Assembly (NCBI RefSeq): GCF_018130785.1
Contig: NZ_JAFCJT010000023.1
Location: 8,147-40,146, forward strand
Direction: 5' to 3'
DNA length: 32,000 nucleotides
Source: Bradyrhizobium liaoningense
GTDB taxonomy: Bacteria > Pseudomonadota > Alphaproteobacteria > Rhizobiales > Xanthobacteraceae
Shown here piece by piece: positions 17,177 through 26,616 of this stretch. The position numbers and the translations under genes were made by a program. The notes under the pieces are model-generated. The model was not told the origin of the DNA. It saw only the letters and a list, made by a program, of their open reading frames with translations, and did not search any database. Within the stretch, counting starts at the first letter, position 1. Every line of letters begins with the position of its first letter.

Positions 17177-19825
17177 GTGATGCGTTCTTTTTGGTCCATG
17201 ACGATGAATACCGCGATAATCACAGTTGTCGATTTCTGCAGTCGCCGCCGGTGGATGGTCATCGTCGCCGGATTATTGCTGCTAATGGGAACCGCCAGCT
17301 ATACCATTGCGCGTTTTTCGATCGATACTGACATCGAAGGACTGATCTCGAAAAAGCTTCCCTGGCACGAACGTCAGCTGCAGTTGACGCATGCCTTTCC
17401 GCAGAGAGCGATCTTAGCAGTCGTTAGCGCGCCAACGCCTGAAAACGCGGAGATGGCCACGAATGAACTGTCGGAAGCGCTCGCAAAGAACCCGAGCCTG
17501 TTTCCCAGGGTCGCGCAACCGGACAGCGGGAAGTTCATCGAGCGAAATGGATTGCTGCTTGGCTCCACATCGGAAGTTCAAAGGACCGCCGAGGGACTAA
17601 CCCGTGCGCGCCCCTTCATTGCCGAACTTGCGGCGGATCCGAGCCTGCGAGGCGTCATGAAGGTGCTCGTATCTGCAACCGATGGCGTCCAGGCAGGCGA
17701 GATCAAGCTGGAGCAAATGGCGTGGCCGCTTTCGTTTGCCAAACAGACGTTGATCGACGTTCTCTCCGGCAAGCCTGCCTTCTTTTCCTGGCAGGAGCTT
17801 CTGCAGGGTCACACCCTGCCAGCCAGTCAGTTGCGACATTTTGTGGAAATCGCGCCAAAGCTCAATTTTTCGACGCTTCAACCGGGGCATGCCGCTGAAC
17901 AGGGAATCCATAAAGCGGCCGCCGATCTAAATCTGAACAGCAGACTCGGCGCCATCTTGAGCCTCACCGGCCAGGTACCGATGAACGACGAGCAGTTCTC
18001 GGTGATTCGAACCAGCGCGTTGCGCGACACACTAACGGCGACGTTGGGCGTGCTGATTGTTCTATGGCTCGCGCTTCGCTCCTGGAAACTGATCATATCT
18101 GTTTTCTGCAGCTTGGTCGTGGGCCTCGCAGCGACCGCTGCGCTGGGCCTTCTAATGGTCGGCTCCTTCAACCTGATCTCTATTGCGTTTTTTGTGCTGT
18201 TCGTGGGCCTGGGTGTCGACTTCGGAATTCAGTTCAGTGTCCGCTATCGCACCGAGCGGCACGAACTTGGTGATCTGCGACGAGCGCTGCGCAGTGCAGC
18301 GAAAAAGTCCGGAAAACCACTCGCGCTGGCTGCCGCAGCCACCTCTGTCGGCTTTTTCGCCTTCCTGCCTACAAGCTATCGCGGTCTCTCCGAGCTGGGG
18401 CTGATCGCCGGATGCGGCATGTTGATCGCTTTCGCATGCAGCATCACGCTGGTGCCGGCGATGCTCACCGTGCTCAATCCGCCCGGCGAACCGGCGCCGA
18501 TCGGCTTCGGGAGCCTCGGGCCGCTGGATCGCTTTCTGCAGCGACACCGTATCGCCGTGATCGTCGGCACATTCGGGGTGGTGCTCGCCGGCTCGCCGCT
18601 GCTGCTCCATCTACAGTTCGATTTCGACCCGGTCGATTTGCAGAGGGCCGATTCGCCGGCGGTCGTGGCGTATCGACAATTGCAGTCCGACCCGCAGACC
18701 ACCGGCCACGATGCGGAGATCATGGCACCATCGCTCGAACAGGCTGATGCCATCGCCACGCGCCTTGCGGCGGTTCCCGAGGTTTCGCGCGTACTCACGC
18801 TGACGAACTTCATTCCCAGTGATCAGCGGCGGAAAACCGCGGCCTTGCACGCTGCATCGCAGTCTCTCAGTCCGGTGCTCAATCCGCCCGGGCGGCGGCC
18901 CGCGCCGAACGATCAGGACCTCGTCGTGGCGATCCGTGGCGCAGCGGACGCTCTCACCAGAGCGGCAGCCGGTGCCCATGGCAGCGCGGCGGACGACGCA
19001 CGCGAGGTGGCCGTTCTCCTCGATCGCCTTGCGGATGCCCCATCAAATTTTAGGAGCAACGCCGAGGCGGCAATTGTCGCACCATTGACCTACGACCTCG
19101 ATCTCGTTCGCAAGAGCCTTGCTCCCGAAACCATAACGATGCAGACGCTGCCTCCGGATCTGGTCCGCGATTGGGTGCTGCCGGACGGCCGTGCTCGCGC
19201 TCAGGTTTTGCCGAAGGGCGACGCCAATGATGTCAACGTTCTGCGGAAGTTCGCCGCTGCGGTACTTGGTGCCGAGCCGTCTGCGACAGGCGAGGTGATC
19301 AGCTACTATGAGTCCGAGAAAACCGTCACCAGCGCCTTCATCAAGGCAGGCGTCTTGGCACTCGTCGCCATCTCGATCCTGCTGATCATCGCGTTGCGCA
19401 GGATAACTGACGTTCTGTTGACATTGATTCCACTCCTTCTCGCCGGCGTGGTGACGCTCGAACTTTCCGAGATCTCGGGCCTTTCGCTCAACTTCGCGAA
19501 TATCGTCGCGCTTCCGCTGCTTCTCGGAGTCGGAGTTGCGTTCAAGATCTACTACATCATGGCCTGGCGCGCTGGCAAAACGAACCTGCTGCAGTCTACG
19601 CTCACCCGTGCAGTGGTATTCAGCGCCATGACCAATGCAGTCGCCTTCGGCAGCATGTGGGTGTCGAGTTATCCGGGCATGTCAAGCATGGGCAAGATGA
19701 TGGCGCTGGCGCTGGCGTGCACCATGGCTGCAGCTGTCCTCTTTCAACCGGTGCTGATGGGCCGTCCGCGGCAAATCAAGCGTTTCGTCGATATGCCTTC
19801 GCAGCTGCCCGAAGCAGCCGAATAA
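17177..19825 (+). CDS. MMPL/RND-superfamily transporter, HpnN-like
   Basis: 882 aa. Two 6-TM bundles (around residues 290-430 and 740-860) are each preceded by a large soluble loop. The N-terminus ...VVDFCSRRRWMVIVAGLLLLMGTASYTIARFSIDTDIEGLISKKLPWHERQLQLTHAFPQR...FIERNGLLL resembles hopanoid-associated HpnN as I remember it. Start is GTG 17177, ATG 17180 or ATG 17198. Confidence 0.85.
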   Translation: MMRSFWSMTMNTAIITVVDFCSRRRWMVIVAGLLLLMGTASYTIARFSIDTDIEGLISKKLPWHERQLQLTHAFPQRAILAVVSAPTPENAEMATNELSEALAKNPSLFPRVAQPDSGKFIERNGLLLGSTSEVQRTAEGLTRARPFIAELAADPSLRGVMKVLVSATDGVQAGEIKLEQMAWPLSFAKQTLIDVLSGKPAFFSWQELLQGHTLPASQLRHFVEIAPKLNFSTLQPGHAAEQGIHKAAADLNLNSRLGAILSLTGQVPMNDEQFSVIRTSALRDTLTATLGVLIVLWLALRSWKLIISVFCSLVVGLAATAALGLLMVGSFNLISIAFFVLFVGLGVDFGIQFSVRYRTERHELGDLRRALRSAAKKSGKPLALAAAATSVGFFAFLPTSYRGLSELGLIAGCGMLIAFACSITLVPAMLTVLNPPGEPAPIGFGSLGPLDRFLQRHRIAVIVGTFGVVLAGSPLLLHLQFDFDPVDLQRADSPAVVAYRQLQSDPQTTGHDAEIMAPSLEQADAIATRLAAVPEVSRVLTLTNFIPSDQRRKTAALHAASQSLSPVLNPPGRRPAPNDQDLVVAIRGAADALTRAAAGAHGSAADDAREVAVLLDRLADAPSNFRSNAEAAIVAPLTYDLDLVRKSLAPETITMQTLPPDLVRDWVLPDGRARAQVLPKGDANDVNVLRKFAAAVLGAEPSATGEVISYYESEKTVTSAFIKAGVLALVAISILLIIALRRITDVLLTLIPLLLAGVVTLELSEISGLSLNFANIVALPLLLGVGVAFKIYYIMAWRAGKTNLLQSTLTRAVVFSAMTNAVAFGSMWVSSYPGMSSMGKMMALALACTMAAAVLFQPVLMGRPRQIKRFVDMPSQLPEAAE

Positions 19826-20249
19826 GACCTTGAATATTCGCATCGGCGAGGGGTGACCTTTCGAGCCAAAGTCGAGGGAGCCGCATGTCGGCAGTGAAGG
19901 AGGGATTTTCGTTTCAAGCCGGAAGAAAAGAAGGCTCGGCGCTGCTCCAAGTCCCCAAACGGAAACGCGCCTCGATTAGTTCACGTCCGTCGTCGGGGAT
20001 AAGGCGGAGGCGAGCCAGTTCGTCTTCGCCCGTCAGCTAAGCCGAAAACACGAGCCAATGCGAACATCCGTGTCTCTGTCTTCAATGGCTGCCTCAATCC
20101 AAGCATGACGCTCGGTCCAGTTTACAGCCGCGACGGGAAAGAAGGTCAGTATCCGGTATCATCGTGCTTCACCTCACGGACCAGACATTATGCCGCTTGC
20201 AAAGAGCCGAAGCCGTGCCGGTGACCTGGATGTGGCGACAAGGCGCAAC

Positions 20250-20273
20250 CGGGGTTTGGCCGGCCAAACCCCG
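20250..20273. repeat. Perfect 24-bp palindrome CGGGGTTTGGCCGGCCAAACCCCG
   Basis: Read directly; the sequence is self-complementary over all 24 nt. Sits in a 684-bp ORF-poor gap about 240 nt upstream of the cyclase gene. Candidate REP-like element, terminator or operator. Confidence 0.4.
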
Positions 20274-20509
20274 CCCAGCCCATCGGCGGCGTGCTGGCTG
20301 ATCGAGACGGGCGTCTCCATGAACTGCATCACACTCAGCGCCAGCAAGACATGCTATAATTGGCTTGCCGGTCCGGCGTAGATCACGCGCCGTAGGAACT
20401 ATGGGCCTGCTCGGATGAACCTCAACATTGCGCCGGCATTCTCGATCACGGCGGCGGCTTGACCACATCGCAAGTACACAACGGGGAGTGAAGAAGCGAC
20501 GGGAAGCCA

Positions 20510-23500
20510 ATGAGCAACGACGTACATACGTGGTTGCGAGCGCTCGGCCTTGAGCAATATTCCGATGCCTTCGCCGCCAGCGACATCGACCTGAGGGTGC
20601 TCCCGCATCTCACCGAAGCGGAACTGCGCGAGCTGGGGCTGTCCCTCGGACACCGCAAGATCCTGATGGCTGCGGTGGCGGAGTCCTTCGGGACAGCCTC
20701 GCGGCCAACACGCATTATTGCTACCGGTGCCGAGCATCAGCCTCTCCAGCATATCGCTTACTCGGAGCGACCACCAGAGCGACGCCTCCTGAGCGTTCTA
20801 TTCTGCGATTTGGTTGGGTCCACCGAATTATCTCGGCGGCTCGACCCCGAGGACCTCCGGGAGGTACTCCGTAGTTACCAAGATCGGGTCGCCGAGACTG
20901 TGATCCGCTATGGAGGCTACGTCGCCCGCTACATGGGCGACGGTATCATGGCGTATTTCGGGTGGCCGTGTGCCTATGAGGATCATGGCGAGCGTGCAGT
21001 TCGAGCCGGGCTCGAGGCCCTGGCCGCCGTGCAAGTGCTAAAAGCCCGAGACACCGAACTCATGGCGCGTGTTGGCATTGCCACGGGGCAAGTCGTTGTA
21101 GGGGACCTCATCGCCGGCTCTGTTCGAGAGCAGGGCGCGGTCGCGGGCGAGACGCCAAATCTCGCAGCCAGGCTCCAAGCGATTGCCCAACCCAATCAAC
21201 TCGTTATCGCGGAGTCGACCAGGCGATTGATCGGCGACGCTTTCGTTATTGAGGATCTCGGCGAGATCGCCCTCAAGGGATTCGGGACCGGCACGAGTGT
21301 GCATCTCGTCAAGTCGGAGCGCGAGGTCGAGAGTCGCTTCCACGCAGCTCATGCAGGAGAGTTGTCACCATTCGTTGGTCGCGTACATGAACTCGCGCTC
21401 CTCGTTGAAAGATGGAATCTCGCGTGCGGGGCGAAGGGACAGGCGATCCTGCTGTCGGGCGACGCCGGCATCGGCAAGTCGCGGCTCCTCCAAGTCCTTA
21501 CTGAAACACTCGGTTCAACACCTCACGAGGTCATCCGTCTTCAGTGCTCACCTTACCATAGCAACAGTGCTCTGTTCCCAATCGTTCAGAACCTGTCGCG
21601 AAAGGCCGCTTTTCGGTCTGAAGATCAAAACGAACAGCGCCTCGACAAGCTCGAGCGCATGCTTGCCGATCTGGGCATCGACACCCGCACCGTGGGGCCT
21701 GTCTATGCCGAACTCCTTTCACTTGACTACCATGATCGCTATGGCGAGCTCGAACTCGGGCCGCAGCAAAGGAAGAGTCTCATCTTGCAGACCCTGGTCG
21801 AGCACTTCGTGCGCCGGTCCGGACGCGCCACCCTGTTGCTAATTGTTGAGGATGCCCACTGGATCGATCCGACCACGACTGAATTACTCGACGCCCTCTT
21901 GGCGCCGATCAATCGATCGCCTGTCATGTTGCTCGTGACGCATCGGCCGAGTTGGAAATTTGAATGGCCCCGCGCGTACGATCATGTGTTGCCGCTTTCT
22001 ATCGGCGCCCTCGCCCAGCCCCTCGTCGCCGACATGGTACGAAACATCGTAGGCCTTAGTGCCAACGCTCGACTGGTCAATGAAATCATCGATCGAAGCG
22101 ACGGAATCCCACTGTTCATCGAGGAGATGGCTCGCTTTCTTGCCGAACGAGAGGCCAGCGAGTGCGACATCAAGATGGTGTTGCCAGCAACACTGCAGGG
22201 CTCTCTCCTAGCGCGGCTTGATCGATGCGGGCCGACCGCAAGGGAGACTGCGCAAATTGCCTCCGTTATCGGCCGCGAATTCAGCCGGGATCTGCTTACT
22301 CACGTTTGCCAGTTTCCATCTGCGGACCTTGACGCCGCAGTCGCCGAGCTCATGGCTGCGCACCTCCTTCTGAGGGCGGGCTCGTCCGAAGATACCTTCG
22401 TCTTCAGGCATGCCCTAATTCAGGATGCGACGTACCAATCACTGCTTATGAGCCAGAGACACCGATATCACGCTGCGATCGCCCGCGCTCTGGCCGAGTA
22501 CCGCGAAATAGCAGAGACGCAACCCGAGCTGATTGCGCGGCACTTTTCCGAAGCCGCTTTGCCGGAGTTGGCTCTTCCTTTCTGGCGACGCGCAGGCGAC
22601 CGGGCGATCGCGCGCTCGGCAAATTACGAAGCCATAGATCATTACGAGAAGGTGGTGGCTATTGCCCAGAAGCTACCCGACGCGCAAGGTCGCGAAGTTA
22701 CCGTCCTAGAGACGAAGATTGCGTTAGGCTGGGCGCAGATAGCCGCCGGCGACCTGCAACAGGCGTCTGCCACGTTCGCTGACTCCGCGCGCGAAGCGAG
22801 AGCTGTTGACAAGCCCGATGCGCTCGCCAACTCCGCAATTGGATTTGCGCAAGCTCATTTCTATTCTCATGATTCCCTCGATTCCTCCATTAACCTCCTG
22901 CTCGAAGCGCTGCCAGTGATCGAAGCAAGAGACACTCGGCAGCGTTGCCAGATATTGAGCGCACTCGGCAGAGCGTTCTACATGAACGGTGATCTTGAGC
23001 GTGCAGATGCGTCGAACTCCAAGGCCATCGAGATTGCACGTCGCATCGATGACGATCGCACTCTCTGCGAGGCTCTGTTCAATCCGCTTCTGGTCCCGGC
23101 TGCCCTTTCCGGCGAGCAGTCCCAAAGCTTGCTCAAGCGCTTAGACGAGTTGCTGGGCATCGCAGAGCGGCTCAACGACGCAGACTTCCGGACCCGAGCC
23201 CTTGCGACGCGCATCTATTATTCTGCCGAATTCGGCGACCGCGAAGGAATGATAGGAGCTCTGGAAACCTTCTGCTCGTTGACTGAGGGCCAGCAAATGA
23301 CGCATCAGCAGTGGGTCGGACAACACGGGCGTGCGATGCTGGCGTTATTGAACGGCGACTTTGCAGCCGCGGAGGGGTTTGCTGAAAACGCCTATCAGCT
23401 CGGTCGCCGGAGATATGGCGAGAGCGTCGAGGGCGTCTATGGCATGCAAATGTTCACGATTCGCCGCGAGCAGGGTCGTCTTTCGGAGGTCGCCCCGATC

Positions 23501-24058
23501 GTCAGACATTTCATAGACAAAGGCAACCTCAACACCTGGAAGCCCGGATTCGCGATCGTCGCGACTGAGCTCGGGTTCAAGCCGCAGGCGCAAAAGCTGC
23601 TTGACGAGTTGAGAGAAGCCGGCTTCGCGCTTCCAATGGATGCGATGCGCAGCACTACGCTGTCTTATCTGGCGGACGTATGTGCAGCACTGGATGATGC
23701 GGTCAGTGCACGCACCCTCTATGACCTGCTTGAGCCTTATCGCCACATGACAGTCACGGCGGGGGTCGTGACCGTATGCTACGGATCAGCCGGCCGCTTT
23801 CTCGGAGCGTTGGCCGAGGTCCTGATGGACTGGGATAGCGCCGAACAGCATTTCGACGAAGCTCTCCGAATGGATCGGCACATGCAGGCATCCCCTTGGC
23901 TCGCACACACGCAGCACCGTTTCGCGCGCATGCTGCGCCGTCGTAGCCGGCGTGGCGACCTCGAACGCGCCGAAGTCCTGCTTAATGAGTCCTGGACGAC
24001 AGCATGTCGCCTGAAGATGACAGCCTTGATGGATAGGATCCGGGCGCAACGGCACTGA
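20510..24058 (+). CDS. SAM domain / class III adenylate-guanylate cyclase / AAA_16 STAND ATPase / TPR-repeat protein
   Basis: 1182 aa. N-terminal SAM-like WLRALGLEQYSDAFAASDIDLRVLPHLTEAELRELGLSLGHRKIL. Cyclase motifs LSVLFCDLVGST, YMGDGIMAYFGWP and GETPNLAARLQ. Walker A is LLSGDAGIGKSRLLQ and Walker B is LLLIVEDAHWIDPTT. The C-terminal ~500 aa is helical-repeat (TPR-like). Confidence 0.9.
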   Translation: MSNDVHTWLRALGLEQYSDAFAASDIDLRVLPHLTEAELRELGLSLGHRKILMAAVAESFGTASRPTRIIATGAEHQPLQHIAYSERPPERRLLSVLFCDLVGSTELSRRLDPEDLREVLRSYQDRVAETVIRYGGYVARYMGDGIMAYFGWPCAYEDHGERAVRAGLEALAAVQVLKARDTELMARVGIATGQVVVGDLIAGSVREQGAVAGETPNLAARLQAIAQPNQLVIAESTRRLIGDAFVIEDLGEIALKGFGTGTSVHLVKSEREVESRFHAAHAGELSPFVGRVHELALLVERWNLACGAKGQAILLSGDAGIGKSRLLQVLTETLGSTPHEVIRLQCSPYHSNSALFPIVQNLSRKAAFRSEDQNEQRLDKLERMLADLGIDTRTVGPVYAELLSLDYHDRYGELELGPQQRKSLILQTLVEHFVRRSGRATLLLIVEDAHWIDPTTTELLDALLAPINRSPVMLLVTHRPSWKFEWPRAYDHVLPLSIGALAQPLVADMVRNIVGLSANARLVNEIIDRSDGIPLFIEEMARFLAEREASECDIKMVLPATLQGSLLARLDRCGPTARETAQIASVIGREFSRDLLTHVCQFPSADLDAAVAELMAAHLLLRAGSSEDTFVFRHALIQDATYQSLLMSQRHRYHAAIARALAEYREIAETQPELIARHFSEAALPELALPFWRRAGDRAIARSANYEAIDHYEKVVAIAQKLPDAQGREVTVLETKIALGWAQIAAGDLQQASATFADSAREARAVDKPDALANSAIGFAQAHFYSHDSLDSSINLLLEALPVIEARDTRQRCQILSALGRAFYMNGDLERADASNSKAIEIARRIDDDRTLCEALFNPLLVPAALSGEQSQSLLKRLDELLGIAERLNDADFRTRALATRIYYSAEFGDREGMIGALETFCSLTEGQQMTHQQWVGQHGRAMLALLNGDFAAAEGFAENAYQLGRRRYGESVEGVYGMQMFTIRREQGRLSEVAPIVRHFIDKGNLNTWKPGFAIVATELGFKPQAQKLLDELREAGFALPMDAMRSTTLSYLADVCAALDDAVSARTLYDLLEPYRHMTVTAGVVTVCYGSAGRFLGALAEVLMDWDSAEQHFDEALRMDRHMQASPWLAHTQHRFARMLRRRSRRGDLERAEVLLNESWTTACRLKMTALMDRIRAQRH

Positions 24059-24084
24059 GGCCACAGCAGACATAGGAGAGGCTT

Positions 24085-24342
24085 ATGCCACGTTTCATGA
24101 TCGAGCGAAATTTTGCCGAAAGACTCGAGATGACAAAGGAAGGAACAGATAGAGTTAACCGCATCAACGATGAGGAAGGCGTGAAGTGGCTGTTGACCTT
24201 TCTCAGCGCCGACAAGCGCAAGACTTATTGTCTTTATGAAGCTGAGAGCGCCGAGGCAATTAGAAATGCGGCGCGGCGCAATGATATTCCGGCCGACGTG
24301 ATCATCCAGGTGGATGAGATAACGCCAGCAATGTTCGCATAA
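24085..24342 (+). CDS. DUF4242 domain protein (SCO4226-like small ferredoxin-fold protein)
   Basis: 85 aa. MPRFMIERNF...VKWLLTFLSADKRKTYCLYEAESAEAIRNAARRNDIPADVIIQV matches the DUF4242 pattern (MPxxMIER...W...YC.Y.A...EAIR..A.....PA). A strong SD AGGAGAGG is present and the gene starts 26 nt after the cyclase stop. Confidence 0.85.
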   Translation: MPRFMIERNFAERLEMTKEGTDRVNRINDEEGVKWLLTFLSADKRKTYCLYEAESAEAIRNAARRNDIPADVIIQVDEITPAMFA

Positions 24343-24559
24343 AGAGGTTGGAAGGCAGGAAGTAATTTGAGCCCCGGGGTCGTTGTGCCCTCGGTCGCTT
24401 ACTCTCCTGAAACAGACACACCGGCGAGAGCGGATGGTTCAAGACGCAAATATCGCGATCCAGGTTTGGATTCGCCAATGAGGTGTTATGGAAGAAGCGG
24501 GCCCGTGGCCGACTTCGAAGCGGCCGCATTGGCGCAGGGGCGGCTCAGTTTTTGGACAA

Positions 24560-25396
24560 TCACATCTTGATCGCATTCGCGAAGAGCCTGTCACCCCACT
24601 CGTACAACGGCCGCATGAAGTCCGATTGGGTGTGGATTGCTCGACCTTTGCGCTCGCGCCATTTTCGTCCGTAAGTATCAAACGGAAAGTGCCGCATGTA
24701 GTAGTCGCAGGTCTCTTCCCAATGGTCGACCGACAACGATTTGCCGTAGTGTTGGCAATAAAGGCCAGTCGCCACTCGTTCAACGCCACCCGGCTCGCGC
24801 GCATGGTGCTCTGCGAAGGTGACCTCCAACCGGTTTCGCCACAACATCAGAATGTCTCGCCGTTCCGGACCGAAGAAACGACGAAAGTCCAACAGTTCGC
24901 GATCGGCCTGATAGGGTGCATGATCCCCAGGAGTCATATAGGCGTCGAACAGTTGAACCCGCACGCCGTCGCACTCGCTAGAATGCGTTCCTTCTATGAA
25001 TCCGCGTAAATCTCCGGTAACGCGCTCATCCGCATCGAAGCAAAAGACCCAGTCGAACTGCAAATGTTCGCGCGCCGTCTGCAACAAGAGGCCGCGATGC
25101 CGTCCCTCGGCAATCCGGCGTGCCTCGATGTCAGCTTCCCACGACCGATTTGTCACGATCAGAGCGACTTTTGGGTGTTCGCATAGAATCTCCAGCGTAC
25201 GATCCGTGCTCGCGTCATCATAAGCGACTATCGCATCGACCTGCTTGCCGACGTAGTCCAGTGTGTCTCTGAGAATAAGCGCTTCGTTACGAACGCGGGT
25301 GATGCCGACCAGACGGTGCTTGTGACCTAATAGGCCTGTGTTGCAGGCAATGATTCGTTCGCCCTCGCGAAGCGGCCAACCCATTGCGCCCGGCAT
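24560..25396 (-). CDS. Family 2 glycosyltransferase (Glyco_tranf_2_4-like)
   Basis: GITRVRNEALILRDTLDYVGKQVDAIVAYDDASTDRTLEIL and FCFDADE (DxD) are GT-A fold signatures. The tracked ORF starts at a TTG (25414). I prefer ATG 25396 (MPGAMGW...), preceded by GAGGGGA. The gene lies directly after the aspartate kinase stop. Confidence 0.8.
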   Translation of the reverse strand: MPGAMGWPLREGERIIACNTGLLGHKHRLVGITRVRNEALILRDTLDYVGKQVDAIVAYDDASTDRTLEILCEHPKVALIVTNRSWEADIEARRIAEGRHRGLLLQTAREHLQFDWVFCFDADERVTGDLRGFIEGTHSSECDGVRVQLFDAYMTPGDHAPYQADRELLDFRRFFGPERRDILMLWRNRLEVTFAEHHAREPGGVERVATGLYCQHYGKSLSVDHWEETCDYYMRHFPFDTYGRKWRERKGRAIHTQSDFMRPLYEWGDRLFANAIKM

Positions 25397-25422
25397 TTCG
25401 TGGCATCCCCTCAAAGAGGTTG

Positions 25423-26616
25423 TTAGATCAGCGAATGCAACGCCGTGACCGCAGCCTCGCGGTTCTCCACAGGAACGAACAAGTTTATCGAATGTGGTGA
25501 TAGAACGTATTTGTCAACGACAATCCCGTGGGATTGCAGAATTTGTATCGCCTGAAATGGCAAGTCTGAAGAAACGCCGCCGAAGCAAGTGAGGCTCACC
25601 GAGCTTAAAGTCTCACGCTCTTTGCGCAAGTCATTGCTCCTTTCCAGTGTGCACAGCAGAGTGTCGAGCGATTCCGACTCGGAAGTCATCATGATGCGCG
25701 TTTTTCCGGCGGTGAAAGCCGAGGCGAGGACTTGCGGCCAAGATAGGCCGCTCTGCTTGAGATGCTGCGCAAATTTCTCAAAACCGTGACTGAGATTCGT
25801 CGAAGCGATCTCCACATGCTCAATACGAGCCATCGAGTTGACGGCCAAAACTTTTCCGTTTTCCATTCCGATAACCTCTCTCATCACTCGCGTGCTGTGG
25901 TCGGAATTGCCCCATTTTCGTAAAAACAAAGGGATATTCTGGCTTTGTGCCAACTCGACGCTGCGAAAATGCAAAACCTTCGCGCCCCAAAAACACATTT
26001 CGGACAACGATGCAAAATCGAGCCGGCGCAATGGTTTTGCGTTCGGCACGATGCGCGGATCGGCCGAGCAAATTCCGTCGACCTCTTTGATAATTTCACA
26101 GCGCTCGGCCCTTAGCGCCGCAGCCATGGCGACTGCAGTGGTGTCGCTGCCGCCCCTGCCTAGGGTGGTGATTTCTTTGGTTCGCGGATTCACGCCTTGA
26201 AAGCCCGCTAGAACCACGATGCGTCCGCGACTGAGTTCTTCGAGCACGCGCGCAGGCCGCACATCTAAAATGCGCGCGGAAGAATGAGATTCGTCTGTCA
26301 TTACACCGGCCTGACTCCCGGTAAAACTAATGGCTGGCGCACCGAGATCAGACAGAGCCATGCTCATCAACGACATGCTGATGCGCTCACCGGTTGTTAG
26401 CAACATATCCAGTTCGCGGCGGTTGGGATGCGGGCTTACTTGATAAGCCGCCCTAATTAGTTCGTCGGTCGTCTTACCCATCGCTGAAACGATCGCCACG
26501 ACGCGATGACCACGGTTGTGCAGATCGGCAAGACTCCTCGCAACCGCGCGGATTTTTTCCGGCGTTTCTAAACAGACGCCGCCGTATTTCTGCACGATGG
26601 TCGGATTGTTGCGCAT
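25423..26616 (-). CDS. Aspartate kinase (amino-acid kinase fold + divergent C-terminal ACT-like region), atypical second copy
   Basis: 397 aa. [54 protein letters not shown] and [15 protein letters not shown] are classic aspartokinase motifs. The gene is visibly more A/T-rich than its neighbours. Confidence 0.85.
   Translation of the reverse strand: MRNNPTIVQKYGGVCLETPEKIRAVARSLADLHNRGHRVVAIVSAMGKTTDELIRAAYQVSPHPNRRELDMLLTTGERISMSLMSMALSDLGAPAISFTGSQAGVMTDESHSSARILDVRPARVLEELSRGRIVVLAGFQGVNPRTKEITTLGRGGSDTTAVAMAAALRAERCEIIKEVDGICSADPRIVPNAKPLRRLDFASLSEMCFWGAKVLHFRSVELAQSQNIPLFLRKWGNSDHSTRVMREVIGMENGKVLAVNSMARIEHVEIASTNLSHGFEKFAQHLKQSGLSWPQVLASAFTAGKTRIMMTSESESLDTLLCTLERSNDLRKERETLSSVSLTCFGGVSSDLPFQAIQILQSHGIVVDKYVLSPHSINLFVPVENREAAVTALHSLI

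Noticed and set aside
24343-24559. Partial match to the tRNA 3' region (TTGGATTCGCC at about 24457-24467) as a distal att site
   Set aside because: Only about 7 contiguous identical bases (GGATTCG) match, which is indistinguishable from chance.
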